Origin: an uncultured delta proteobacterium
Lineage (GTDB): Bacteria; Desulfobacterota; RBG-13-43-22
Direction: 5' to 3'
Length of the DNA stretch: 64,000 bases
NCBI GenBank assembly: GCA_963843145.1
Contig: CAWJJC010000028.1
Location: 288,001 to 352,000, forward strand
How positions within the stretch are numbered: position 1 is the first letter of the stretch; each line of letters begins with the position of its first letter. The notes under the pieces are model-generated. The model made no database searches. It worked only from the letters and a program-made list of their open reading frames with translations, and was not told the origin of the DNA. The position numbers and the translations under genes were made by a program. Below are positions 1-9,468 of this stretch, in pieces.

Positions 1-66
1 ATTCCGGGTTTGGAAATTTGGTCATTTGGATTTGTTTCGGATTTCGGATTTCGGATTTCGAGTTTA
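1..66. repeat. Right arm of heptamer-based (ATTTCGG/ATTTCGA) intergenic hairpin repeat, cut by window edge
   Basis: ttggtcatttggatttgtttcggatttcggatttcggatttcgagttt matches arms at 27930-27993, 32870-33023 and 47636-47683. Confidence 0.8.
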
Positions 67-74
67 ATAACTGT

Positions 75-944
75 ATGCTTCAATCCCTCGTTCACGTTCT
101 CTTGGCCGGTCTTTCCACCGGCATGTTCATCTGGCTGGTGGCCAGCGGCCTGACCTTGATTTTCGGGGTCCTGGGGGTGCTGAATTTTGCCCACGGCAGT
201 TTCTACATGCTGGGAGCCTATTTCTGCTACACGGTTCTGAAATTGCTGGGAGCCAATTTCTGGCTGGGTCTTTTACTGGGCCCGCTGTGCGTCTGCGCGG
301 TGGGCTTTATCGTGGAGCGGTTCTTCCTGCGTTACGTCTACCATCTGGCCCTTCCCTATCAACTCCTGCTCACCTTTGCCTTCGTCCTGATATTCGACAA
401 CCTGGTTAAGATGATCTGGGGCGCCGGGTCCATCAGTTCTCCGGAATTGACCTCCCTGGGGGGGTCGGTGATGATCCTGGGGCGAAAATTTCCTATTTAC
501 AATATCTTTATCATTATCGTCGGGCCGTTGGTGGCCCTGGGCCTTTGGGGGATGATTGAAAAGACCTGGTGGGGCCGAATCATCCGGGCCTCCTCGTCGG
601 ATCGGGAGATGGCCTCGGCCATCGGTGTCCGGGTGCCGGCCCTGTTTACGTCCGTCTTTGTGTTCGGCACCTGGCTGGGATCCCTGGGCGGGGGATTGGC
701 CGTACCCTATGTGGGTATCATGACCTCCGGTATGGGGGAAGCGATTATCATTGACGCCTTCATCGTGGCCGTGATCGGCGGCCTGGGCAGCCTGAAAGGG
801 GCCTTCGCCGGGGCCTTGATCATCGGGGTGCTGACCGCCTTTGGAACCCGTTTTTTTCCAGCCTTCGATATGTTCCTGACGTTTATTTTGATGGCCGGTG
901 TTTTGCTCTGGCGGCCCCAGGGTCTTTTTGGCGAGACCCGATAG
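75..944 (+). CDS. livH: Branched-chain amino acid ABC transporter permease
   Basis: GLTLIFGVLGVLNFAHG and AVIGGLGS motifs. ATG at 75 preferred because the longer ORF start lies inside the repeat. Confidence 0.9.
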   Translation: MLQSLVHVLLAGLSTGMFIWLVASGLTLIFGVLGVLNFAHGSFYMLGAYFCYTVLKLLGANFWLGLLLGPLCVCAVGFIVERFFLRYVYHLALPYQLLLTFAFVLIFDNLVKMIWGAGSISSPELTSLGGSVMILGRKFPIYNIFIIIVGPLVALGLWGMIEKTWWGRIIRASSSDREMASAIGVRVPALFTSVFVFGTWLGSLGGGLAVPYVGIMTSGMGEAIIIDAFIVAVIGGLGSLKGAFAGALIIGVLTAFGTRFFPAFDMFLTFILMAGVLLWRPQGLFGETR

Positions 945-952
945 ATTTTTTT

Positions 953-1915
953 ATGAAATTGAAAACCGGACAGATTTTAGGGATCGTCGCGCTGCTCCTA
1001 CTCCTGGTGGGCATCGGACTCTTTAGCGGACGATTCATGGTTTACCTGACCATGCGGGTCATGATTTTAGGGATCTTTGCCTTGGGCTATAATCTTCTTC
1101 TGGGCCGGACCGGGCTGCTCTCTTTCGGCCATGGCGCTTTTTACGCGGCCGGCGCCTACGGGTTGGGATTCTTTACGCTGCACCTGTCAGCCCATCCGCT
1201 GCTGGGCCTCCTGGCCGGCGTGCTGGTGGCCATGGCTTTGGCTCTGATCATCGGGTTTTTCTGCGTCCGCCACACCGAAATATACTTTGCCATGCTGACC
1301 CTGGCCTTCGGGATGATGGTCTTTTCCCTGATCTGGAATGCCCGGGATTTTACCGGGGGTGACGACGGCTTGGTGGGGATCATGCGGGACCCCATTTCCT
1401 TTTTCGGGTGGTTTAAAATCCCGATCAACAAGGATGCCCATTATTATTTCCTGGTGCTGGCGGTGTTCGCTCTGAGCGCCTGGGCGGTGCATCGAATTCG
1501 AAATTCTCCTTTCGGCCTGTCGTTGGCCGGCATCCGGGAAAACGCCAATCGCGCTGAGTTCGCCGGGCTTTCCGTCAAGAATTATCGTCTGGCCGTTTTC
1601 GTGATCAGCGGGGCTTTCGCCGGGTTGGCCGGGGCCTTGGAAACCCTGCTGGAAGGCAACGCCCGGCCCTTCATGGCCCACTGGAGTCACTCCGCCGAAC
1701 CCATCCTGGTCAGCCTCCTGGGCGGGCTGCCGACCTTTGCCGGTCCTTTGGTGGGAAGTGTGTTCTTTGTGGCCATGCGGGAGTTTATTCAGCGCTTCAC
1801 GGAGAACTGGATGCTCTGGTTCGGTTTGCTCCTGTTGGTTGTTATCATGGGTTTTCGAGGGGGCGTGGTCGGCGTCCTCCAACGATTATTCGGCGGTTCC
1901 CGGGCCGGGCATTGA
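953..1915 (+). CDS. livM: Branched-chain amino acid ABC transporter permease
   Basis: GYNLLLGRTGLLSFGH, YFAMLTLAF and TGGDDG motifs. Confidence 0.9.
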   Translation: MKLKTGQILGIVALLLLLVGIGLFSGRFMVYLTMRVMILGIFALGYNLLLGRTGLLSFGHGAFYAAGAYGLGFFTLHLSAHPLLGLLAGVLVAMALALIIGFFCVRHTEIYFAMLTLAFGMMVFSLIWNARDFTGGDDGLVGIMRDPISFFGWFKIPINKDAHYYFLVLAVFALSAWAVHRIRNSPFGLSLAGIRENANRAEFAGLSVKNYRLAVFVISGAFAGLAGALETLLEGNARPFMAHWSHSAEPILVSLLGGLPTFAGPLVGSVFFVAMREFIQRFTENWMLWFGLLLLVVIMGFRGGVVGVLQRLFGGSRAGH

Positions 1916-1922
1916 GAGACGA

Positions 1923-2679
1923 ATGGGCGAGAAGCTGCTGCAGATAAAAAAGTTATCCAATTTTTTCGGCATGGTCTGCACCGCCAAGGAGCTGGATTTG
2001 GATATCGAGGCCGGCGTCTTGACTTCGATCATCGGTCCCAACGGGGCCGGGAAATCCACCCTGATTAACCTGGTTACCGGCAATCTGCCGGTGCAATCCG
2101 GGTCCCTTCTTTTCCAGGGGCGGGATATCACCCGCTTGCCGATCAATCAGCGGGTCCGGCTGGGGATCTGCCGGTCCTTTCAGATCGTCAATATCTTCCC
2201 GGAATTAACCGTCCTGGAAAATATCCTGATACCCACCTTGGCCCTGTCCGGCAGGACGCGGCGATTTTTTTCCGGCATCAGCCGTGAAACCGCAGGCCTA
2301 TGAACAGGTCGAGAACCTCTTGGGGAAAGTGGGCCTGAGCGCCGTAAAAAATTCTCCGGCCACGGCCTTGTCCCACGGGGACCAGCGCTTGCTGGAAGTG
2401 GGAGTGGCCCTGGCCGTCGGCCCCCGGCTGCTTTTTTTGGATGAACCGACGGCCGGCATGAATCCGGTCGAGCGGGTCCGGGTCCTGGAAAATATTCGCC
2501 AGCTTTCCCGCGAGGGCCAGACGACTTTCGTCCTGGTGGAACACGACATGGATATCGTTTTTTCTCTCTCGGAGCGGGTGGTGGTGCTGCACCGGGGGGA
2601 TATCCTGGGAGACGGAACGCCGGAGGAGATCAAGAATAACGCCCAGGTGAGGGAAGTATATTTGGGCGATTCGGTTTAA
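1923..2679 (+). CDS. livG: ABC transporter ATP-binding protein, split by a +1 frameshift near 2286
   Basis: Walker A GPNGAGKS in ORF 1737..2303 (ATG 1923); LSHGDQR and LDEPTAG in ORF 2284..2679. Removing one A in cgtgaaaccg fuses them. Confidence 0.85.
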
Positions 2680-2727
2680 TAGAAAAAAATAGACTTGAAT
2701 ACCGCTTTTTAGGCCATTGTCTTGGGG

Positions 2728-2816
2728 CGTCATACCGGACTTGATCCGGTATCCAGGGCATCCGGCGCTTATCCGAGGCTGGATTCCGGATCGCGCTTCG
2801 CTTGCCCGGAATGACG
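2728..2816. repeat. CGTC-type REP-like palindromic doublet
   Basis: cgtcataccggacttgatccggtatccag...ctggattccggatcgcgcttcgcttgcccggaatgacg; near copy at 5763-5852. Confidence 0.8.
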
Positions 2817-2886
2817 GTCAAAGGTGAGGTACTAATACATACTTTTGATCAGATGAATTGTTTTAAATTTCGAACTTGATATCGCC

Positions 2887-3588
2887 ATGCTCTTAGAAGT
2901 TTCCAACATCGATACCTACTACGGCACCAGCCATGTCCTCCAGGGCGTTTCCTTAGCGGTGGGCGAAGGAGAGGTCGTAGCCCTGCTGGGCCGCAACGGG
3001 GTGGGAAAGACCACCACGCTCCGGTCGATCATCGGGCTGACCCCGCCCAAAACCGGCTCGATCAAATTACTTGACCGGGAAATCTGCGGCCAGCCTGCCT
3101 ATACTATCGCTCGGCAGGGTGTGGGGTATATGCCCGATGACCTGCGCATTTTTCCCGACCTGACGACCGACGAAAACCTGGAAATCTCCCGCCGGCTGTC
3201 CAAGCGAACCGGCTATTGGAACCGGGAGCGGGTGATCGAGCTTTTCCCCAAGTTGGGGGACCTGGCCCGGTCAAAGGGAATCAATCTTTCCGGTGGGGAG
3301 AAAAAGATGCTCGGTATCGGCCGGGCCCTGATGGCCAATCCTCGGCTGATCTTGTTGGACGAACCATCCGAAGGCCTGGCGCCGCTGATCGTGGCCAACC
3401 TGGTGGAGGTTCTGGACAAGATCCACCAACAGGGGGTCACCATTCTGCTGGCCGATCAAAACCTCAAATTCTGCCGTAAAGTCTGCCACCGCGGCTACAT
3501 CATCGAAAAAGGGATGATCCAGTACGAAGGAAAGATGGAAGAAATCTGGAGTAACGAGGAAGTCATCCGCAAATACTTGGTCGTTTAG
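2887..3588 (+). CDS. livF: Branched-chain amino acid ABC transporter ATP-binding protein
   Basis: GRNGVGKT, LSGGE and LLDEPSEGLAP motifs. Confidence 0.9.
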   Translation: MLLEVSNIDTYYGTSHVLQGVSLAVGEGEVVALLGRNGVGKTTTLRSIIGLTPPKTGSIKLLDREICGQPAYTIARQGVGYMPDDLRIFPDLTTDENLEISRRLSKRTGYWNRERVIELFPKLGDLARSKGINLSGGEKKMLGIGRALMANPRLILLDEPSEGLAPLIVANLVEVLDKIHQQGVTILLADQNLKFCRKVCHRGYIIEKGMIQYEGKMEEIWSNEEVIRKYLVV

Positions 3589-3669
3589 ACCGCTTCTTAG
3601 ACAAACAAGCACTGAACACTTCTTAAAATAGTGCCGGACAGATGTGCCCCCCCAAAAAAAACCATAGTT

Positions 3670-3757
3670 CGTCATTGCGAGGAGAGTAGCGACGAAGCAA
3701 TCCCCGATATTCAGCAAGTTGCCGCTATGGGGATTGCTTCGCTTTGCTCGCAATGAC
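3670..3757. repeat. GTCATTGCGA-type REP-like palindromic doublet
   Basis: gtcattgcgag...gaagcaatccc...gggattgcttcg...ctcgcaatgac; copies at 20534-20633 and 39499-39596. Confidence 0.8.
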
Positions 3758-3805
3758 AAACTGGGTCTTTGACGGGTCTGATTTAAAGGCCAGCTCAATA
3801 AAATA

Positions 3806-3842
3806 AAGAAAGGGGGGTTATAAAAAATAACCCCCCTTTCTT
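3806..3842. terminator. Bidirectional intrinsic terminator between livF and csp
   Basis: aagaaaggggggtta-taaaaaa-taacccccctttctt inverted repeat between convergent genes. Confidence 0.75.
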
Positions 3843-3860
3843 ATGGTTACTCAAAAATTA

Positions 3861-4064
3861 TTATAGGGCCTTTACATTGGTTGCCGAGGGGCCTTTTTGA
3901 CCCTGCTCAATATCAAAGCTTACCCGCTGGCCTTCGGACAGTGTCCGAAAACCCTGCATAGCGATGGCGGAATGGTGGATAAATACATCCTTTTCCTGAC
4001 CATCGACCTCGATAAAGCCGAAACCTTTACTCTCATTGAACCACTTTACGCTTCCTTCTGCCAT
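3861..4064 (-). CDS. cspA: Cold-shock protein
   Basis: [15 protein letters not shown] and DVFIHHS RNP motifs; AAGGAGG RBS. Confidence 0.93.
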   Translation of the reverse strand: MAEGSVKWFNESKGFGFIEVDGQEKDVFIHHSAIAMQGFRTLSEGQRVSFDIEQGQKGPSATNVKAL

Positions 4065-4219
4065 AGTCGTATCCTCCTTCTTAAGTATTTCTCAAGTTGG
4101 GATACGACCAAAAAAAAGGCATCTGGCTTAGAAGCTTCGATGCCTTGCGCTTTCGACTTTTCCACCAACTTCGACCGCCAGCTTATCCCTCAAGGGAAGT
4201 TGACGGATTTAATTCATAT

Positions 4220-4248
4220 AAAATAACCCTTTATTTTCTACTTGTCAA
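4220..4248 (-). promoter_or_regulatory. Sigma70-type promoter of csp with long 5' UTR
   Basis: TTGACA-17 bp-TATTTT on minus strand. Confidence 0.55.
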
Positions 4249-4408
4249 GCTTTATTAATTATTATTTTCAAAGATTGTTTCCCTCTGGAAAACCCTTTCG
4301 CCGAGACTCCCCGGCCCTACCAGTCTGGGGAGTCCCCACCCAAAAGGGCGAAGCGTCGAATTTTATTGTTGCGCTAACCTGTTCGGTGTAGATAATCAAT
4401 AAAATACC

Positions 4409-5719
4409 ATGAGCGTTTCAATTGACATGAAAAAGCTGGCCGAGTTGGTCCGGGAACTGGAAGACCAGCTTTCGGCTTGCACCCGTTGCGGCATGTGCCA
4501 GACGGTCTGCCCGCTCTACCGGGAAACCGCCCGGGAGTCCAGTGTGGCCCGGGGGAAACTGGCCATCTTAGGCGGTCTGATGGAGGAGGCCTTCCAGGAG
4601 CCCCGGCGGTCGCTGGAACAGGTTTCGCGCTGTTTGCTCTGCGGGGCCTGCGAGGCCAACTGCCCAAGCGGGGTCCAAGTCCTGGACATTTTTTTAAAGG
4701 CCCGGGCCATCCTGGTTGAATACTTGGGGATGCCCCCGGCCAAAAGGGTGATGTTCCGGCGTTTCCTGGCCCGGCCGGAACGATTCAACCGCTGGTTATC
4801 CTGGGGGGCCAGTGTCCAGGGGCTGTTCATCAAGCCGGCCAATGAGCTGTTGGGCACTTCCTGCGCCCGGTTCACCTCCCCCTTGGCCGACCGTCATTTC
4901 AAGGCCCTGGCGGCTGTCCCTTTTCACCGGCAACCCTGGAAAGAAAATTCAAAATCCCGCCCTTCAGGGATCAAGGCGGCTTTTTTTTATGGCTGCCTCA
5001 TCGACAAGATTTATCCGGAGATCGGGCAGGCGGTGCTGAAAAGTCTGGATCATTTTCAAGTGGAGGTATTTTTGCCCGAAGGGCAGGGGTGCTGTGGGTT
5101 GCCGGCCTTGTCGGCCGGCGATCGGCAGACTTTCAACCAACTGGTCGTCTATAATCTGGATCGTCTGGCAGGTCAACCCGTGGATGTGCTGGTCACCGCC
5201 TGCCCCACCTGCGCGGCCACGATTAAAAAAATCTGGCCGCTGATGGCCCGGGAGCTGAACGCCGATCAGCGTGACCGGGTCCGGGACTGGGCGGAAAAAA
5301 CGGTGGATATCACCGATTTCCTGGTGAGGCAGATGGGCGTATCCCTTCCGGTCTCCCCGGAAAGCAATGAAGTCAAGCCCGGGATCACCTATCACGATCC
5401 CTGCCACCTTCGGAAATCCCTGGGGGTCTTCGCGCCGCCGCGAGCCATGCTGCAGGGGGATACCCGGTTCCGTTATCATGAGATGGCCGAGGCTGAGGCC
5501 TGTTGCGGCTGTGGGGGCAGCTTCACCTTGGACTATTATGAATTGTCTTCCGCGGTGGGGGCCAGAAAACGGGCCGCCATCCTGGCTTCCGGCGCGGAAG
5601 TGGTGGCCACCGCCTGCCCGGCCTGTATGCTGCAGCTCACCGACCTGCTTTCGAAAGGCGCTGATCCCGTCCGGGTCAAACATGTGATCGAACTTTTCGC
5701 GGAAAGATTGCCCGATTAA
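4409..5719 (+). CDS. GlcF-like Fe-S protein (2x4Fe-4S plus two CCG domains), glycolate/lactate oxidase Fe-S subunit
   Basis: CTRCGMCQTVCP, CLLCGACEANCP, GCCG, YHDPCH, CCGCGG and TACPAC motifs. Confidence 0.85.
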   Translation: MSVSIDMKKLAELVRELEDQLSACTRCGMCQTVCPLYRETARESSVARGKLAILGGLMEEAFQEPRRSLEQVSRCLLCGACEANCPSGVQVLDIFLKARAILVEYLGMPPAKRVMFRRFLARPERFNRWLSWGASVQGLFIKPANELLGTSCARFTSPLADRHFKALAAVPFHRQPWKENSKSRPSGIKAAFFYGCLIDKIYPEIGQAVLKSLDHFQVEVFLPEGQGCCGLPALSAGDRQTFNQLVVYNLDRLAGQPVDVLVTACPTCAATIKKIWPLMARELNADQRDRVRDWAEKTVDITDFLVRQMGVSLPVSPESNEVKPGITYHDPCHLRKSLGVFAPPRAMLQGDTRFRYHEMAEAEACCGCGGSFTLDYYELSSAVGARKRAAILASGAEVVATACPACMLQLTDLLSKGADPVRVKHVIELFAERLPD

Positions 5720-5762
5720 TATGTAAATAATAACAGGCGCCACATTGGGCATTTGTTTTTGC

Positions 5763-5852
5763 CGTCATGCCGGACTCGATCCGGCATCCAGGTCCTTTGA
5801 GGCTTAACTGAGGTCTGGATCCCGGGTCGCGCTTCGCTTGTCCGGAATGACG
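5763..5852. repeat. CGTC-type REP-like doublet
   Basis: Near-identical organisation to 2728-2816. Confidence 0.8.
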
Positions 5853-5989
5853 AGCTGACTCGACCCGTTTAAAGCCTATTTACATGCTTCGCGGGTACTC
5901 GCCCCGAGCATGGGGGGTTAATGCGAAAATAGCCTCTTTGACCTGCAACCTGGCCAATAATCAATAATCAATTGACAATTATCAATGGT

Positions 5990-6064
5990 CTAAATTCGAA
6001 ATCCGAAACGTTTTTGTTTGGATCATTTGGGTTTTGGACCTTCGTGCTTCGAATTTCGAGTTTT
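5990..6064. repeat. Short version of heptamer-based hairpin repeat
   Basis: aaattcgaaatccgaaacgtttttgtttggatcatttgggttttggaccttcgtgcttcgaatttcgag. Confidence 0.75.
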
Positions 6065-6072
6065 CTAAGCGT

Positions 6073-7053
6073 CTAAGCGGGAGCGACCAACAGCAACGGT
6101 TCCGGTGCGGGGAAGGGAAGGGCGGAGGGAGGAAGATAGAGGGAATAGCGGCCGGGTTTTTTCAGGTCGAGTGGCTTTAAGCCCTCCAGGAATTTGTCCG
6201 TTTCCCGATTGCTGGTTCCCGGTTCGGAAAAGAAATTCTCGATCCATTGCCGCAAGGGACTGAGGTCCCCGGCCTGGGACCAGCGCCGATAACTCGCCAA
6301 GAACCCCTCGAAGGAGGGGAAACGCAGGGCGGGCAGGGGCAGGGAGGGCGATGGAGATTCGTCACCGGTTAAGGCGTAGTGCTCCCGCCGGACCCAGGGT
6401 TGGTTGGTTATCAAACGGACCGGCCCGGGAGCCAATTGGGCTCTCAGCTTTCTCCAGGCGGCCAGGGCCGGTGGGCAAACCATTTCCGCTTCAGTGGGGG
6501 TGACAAAGGGTTTTTCGGACGAGGCCCAGTCCAGGGAAAATTCAGGGCTCTGATCCATGATCCGGGCCAGAGCCAGTTCCTGTTCCCCGAAGTCACCCAA
6601 CGAGAGATCGATCTCCCATTCCTTGCTCAGCCAGTCATGGATAATACAGAGGAATAATTCTCCCGTCAGGGCCTGGCGAGTTTCTGTTTCCTCCCTGGGT
6701 TTTGCGGGTTGGCCCCTCAGCAGACCCAGTATTTCGTCCCGGCTTTCCAGATTTTCCCCGGGTTTCACCTGCCTGAGATATTCCAGGAAGCTGAAATCCG
6801 GGTTCTGGGCCGCGAAGGATTGGAACTCCCTCAACCCCCTGTCTTTTTGCCTGATTTCCTCCGGGGTTCGATCCGGCGTCAGGACCTGGATCAGGCCGCC
6901 CGTCAGCAGTTCCCGGTAAGGCTCAGGCCAAACCAAGCTATAGGGGTGAAGGAAGACCAGCGGCCCAAATAGCAGCAGCGACCAATAGGTGGCCTCCGGC
7001 TCCATTAAGGTGTAGGGGGTAACCAATACTTCTTGAATACGATTATTTTCCAT
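6073..7053 (-). CDS. Hypothetical protein
   Basis: 326-aa ORF with ATG start filling an otherwise non-coding interval; no motif recognised. Confidence 0.7.
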   Translation of the reverse strand: MENNRIQEVLVTPYTLMEPEATYWSLLLFGPLVFLHPYSLVWPEPYRELLTGGLIQVLTPDRTPEEIRQKDRGLREFQSFAAQNPDFSFLEYLRQVKPGENLESRDEILGLLRGQPAKPREETETRQALTGELFLCIIHDWLSKEWEIDLSLGDFGEQELALARIMDQSPEFSLDWASSEKPFVTPTEAEMVCPPALAAWRKLRAQLAPGPVRLITNQPWVRREHYALTGDESPSPSLPLPALRFPSFEGFLASYRRWSQAGDLSPLRQWIENFFSEPGTSNRETDKFLEGLKPLDLKKPGRYSLYLPPSALPFPAPEPLLLVAPA

Positions 7054-7270
7054 GAGGGCAATGTATTAAAAGCGGGTCTCCTTGTCAATTGATAACCTCG
7101 CCCTCAATAGAATCCCCGTCAATATTCTATTCCAAAATTAATACGAAAATAGCTTTTAACTCCGGATATCCCCCACACCCCCGCCCTCTCCCACGTGGGG
7201 GAGTGGGAGCCCTAAGGAACGGCCCGAGCCCTTTTACTTCCCCTCCCCGACGCGGGAGGGGATTGAGGGG

Positions 7271-7687
7271 CATACGCGCTAACTTCAGAGGCGAGGGCTT
7301 CTATGTTGTCATTCCGGCGAAAGCCGGAATCCAGGGAGGCACCACTGGATAAACACCCTGCGGTATACGTTCTGGCAAGCCAAAGAAATGGGACCCTGTA
7401 TGTTGGTGTAACATCAGACCTTGTTAAAAGGATTTGGGAACATAAGAACAACCTAGTCGAAGGGTTTACCAAACGCTACGGAGTCCATCGACTGGTTTGG
7501 TATGAACTGCACGAGAGCATGGAATCCGCTATTAATCGGGAGAGGCAGATAAAAGAATGGAAACGAAAATGGAAACTGGAATTAATTGAAGGTATGAATC
7601 GAAATTGCGGGGATTTGTAGTATATTTTAGTCCGAACTGGATTCCGGCTTTCGCCGGAATGACAATATATCTAAGTTAGCGCTTATG
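7271..7687. mobile_element. Non-autonomous TIR cassette carrying a GIY-YIG nuclease, with 11-bp target duplication
   Basis: Left end catacgcgctaactt, right end aagttagcgcttatg (14/15 inverted match); ggattgagggg repeated at 7260-7270 and 7688-7698. Confidence 0.75.
7345..7620 (+). CDS. Stand-alone GIY-YIG nuclease (UPF0213-like), possibly decaying
   Basis: AVYVLASQRNGTLYVGVTSDLVKRIWEHK and AINRERQIKEWKRKWK; GGAGG RBS before a CTG at 7345; flanked by inverted REPs 7306-7333 and 7637-7666. Confidence 0.85.
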   Translation: MDKHPAVYVLASQRNGTLYVGVTSDLVKRIWEHKNNLVEGFTKRYGVHRLVWYELHESMESAINRERQIKEWKRKWKLELIEGMNRNCGDL

Positions 7688-7769
7688 GGATTGAGGGGTG
7701 GGGGAATTGGGAATTTTCATCGTTCGCGGCTTCCCCCAGGGACGTGGAGGTTTTGTCGGAAATAATTTC

Positions 7770-7869
7770 TTGACTCTTTTGATTAAATAGCTTATCTTAT
7801 AAGGCAATGCGGCCATGAAGGCCAGTAACAGTGGGAACTGTTATCGAAACTTCATGGCCGTTTTTTTTT
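7770..7869 (+). promoter_or_regulatory. Promoter and leader terminator-like hairpin upstream of the metal ECF transporter
   Basis: TTGACT-17-TATCTT, then 11-bp stem cggccatgaag/cttcatggccg followed by T9. Confidence 0.65.
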
Positions 7870-7896
7870 GCTATGCACCGAGTCTAAGAGATTTTT

Positions 7897-8538
7897 ATGC
7901 ATATACCGGATGGTTTTTTAAGTAATTCCATTAACCTGACAACCTTTGGGCTCTCGGGGATCACTCTGGCCTGGTCCTTGAAAAAGGCCAAAGAAGAGAT
8001 CAGCGACCGGGAAATTCCGCTCATCGGTGTTACCGCGGCCTTTATTTTTGCGGCCCAGATGATTAATTTTCCGGTAGCCGGGGGAACCAGCGGCCATTTT
8101 TTGGGAGCGGCCCTGGCGGCCATTCTTCTGGGCCCGTGGATCAGTTTTATTATTATGTCCCTGGTGCTGGTGCTCCAATGTTTAGGCTTTGCCGATGGGG
8201 GGTTGACGGCCCTCGGTTCGAATCTATTGAATATGGGATTGATCGGCGGTATCGGGGTTTATTACCTTTTTCGCCTGGTTCTGGCCCTGACCTCCAAAAC
8301 CACCCGCGGCTTTCTATTGGCCGCGGCGGTCGCTTCCTGGTTTTCGGTGGTGCTGGCTTCCCTGGCCTGCGCGGTGGAATTGGCCCTGTCCGGTACCTCG
8401 CCGGCCAAGATTGTTATCCCCGCCATGGTTGGTTTTCACGCCTTAATCGGCATCGGGGAGGCGATCATTACCACCGCGATTTTGTCGGCGGTACTGGCGG
8501 CCCGTTCCGATTTGATCCGCACTTGGAGGACGGCTTGA
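7897..8538 (+). CDS. nikM: ECF transporter S component NikM/CbiM
   Basis: N-terminal MHIPDGFL and GTSGHFLG motifs. Confidence 0.85.
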   Translation: MHIPDGFLSNSINLTTFGLSGITLAWSLKKAKEEISDREIPLIGVTAAFIFAAQMINFPVAGGTSGHFLGAALAAILLGPWISFIIMSLVLVLQCLGFADGGLTALGSNLLNMGLIGGIGVYYLFRLVLALTSKTTRGFLLAAAVASWFSVVLASLACAVELALSGTSPAKIVIPAMVGFHALIGIGEAIITTAILSAVLAARSDLIRTWRTA

Positions 8539-9440
8539 GCAGAAAAGGGGGACCTTTCATTGGGTTGGGCCTGGCCTTTCTGGTCTTGGGTATGGGCTTT
8601 CCGGTCTTTCTGTTTGCCGGAACGGTCGGCCCCTTTGTCGCGGATTTTGCCGATACGCAGGAACCCGGCAAATTAGCCCTCCAAATCATCCCGGTTTTAG
8701 GTTTGAAACAGGGGGAATTTGACCAGGATGGGAAAATCCGGTATTTGCCCAGCGGCGACCGGGATACGTCCCTAGCCCTGAGTTTACTCCCTATCTATGG
8801 AATAGCCCAGGATCTCGAAATTGCCGGAGAGGTGCCGTTTATCTATAACTGGAAAAGCCAGTCGGGCCGCTCCGCGCAGGATGGAGGGGTGGGGGACATG
8901 GCCCTCAAAATGAAATATCGGCTCTCTGAGGGAGAAACAGATGGTTGGGCTCCTTCCGTCTCCACGATTGGCAGGGTCCGTTTCCCGACCGGGAAATATG
9001 AAAACCTTTCGCCGGATAAAATGGGGGCGGACGCCGCGGGAAGCGGCGCCTACCTCTTTACTCTGGGAATCAATATCGGAAAATGTACCGGCCAATGGCA
9101 GGTCACTGCCAACCTTTGGTACAATTGGCCCCTGGAAACCACGATCGACGGGGTCAAGACGAAGGAGGGGAATTTCTGGTTTTATGCCTTGAGTGGAGAA
9201 TACGCGGTTTCAAAGCACTGGTCGGTCCTATTGGAGTTTTATGGGCAGGAACAGGGGAAAACGGAAATTGACGGTCGGACGGTGGATCAATCGGAATCCC
9301 GGGTGCTGAATGTCCTACCCGGAATCGGATGGGACATCTCGGAGAAGATGTATATGATGGCGGGCTGTTCCTTCCCACTCTTGGGCAAAAACAGCAGCTT
9401 AACCATTATCCCGTCTCTTTTTTTCAATTACAATTTTTAA
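8535..9440 (+). CDS. Putative outer-membrane beta-barrel (MetA-pathway 'transporter'-like)
   Basis: TTG overlapping the nikM stop with GGAGGA RBS; signal peptide; GxGD and FPTG motifs; C-terminal FNYNF. Confidence 0.7.
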   Translation: MSRKGGPFIGLGLAFLVLGMGFPVFLFAGTVGPFVADFADTQEPGKLALQIIPVLGLKQGEFDQDGKIRYLPSGDRDTSLALSLLPIYGIAQDLEIAGEVPFIYNWKSQSGRSAQDGGVGDMALKMKYRLSEGETDGWAPSVSTIGRVRFPTGKYENLSPDKMGADAAGSGAYLFTLGINIGKCTGQWQVTANLWYNWPLETTIDGVKTKEGNFWFYALSGEYAVSKHWSVLLEFYGQEQGKTEIDGRTVDQSESRVLNVLPGIGWDISEKMYMMAGCSFPLLGKNSSLTIIPSLFFNYNF

Positions 9441-9468
9441 ATGCCGCACCCTCTATGGAAACGAACCG

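Noticed and set aside
2270-2303. Programmed frameshift in livG
   Set aside because: No canonical slippery heptamer in register with the break; one extra A explains it, like the other indels
7820-7848. NikR operator in the nikM leader
   Set aside because: Palindrome spacing is far shorter than known NikR boxes and fits an RNA hairpin better
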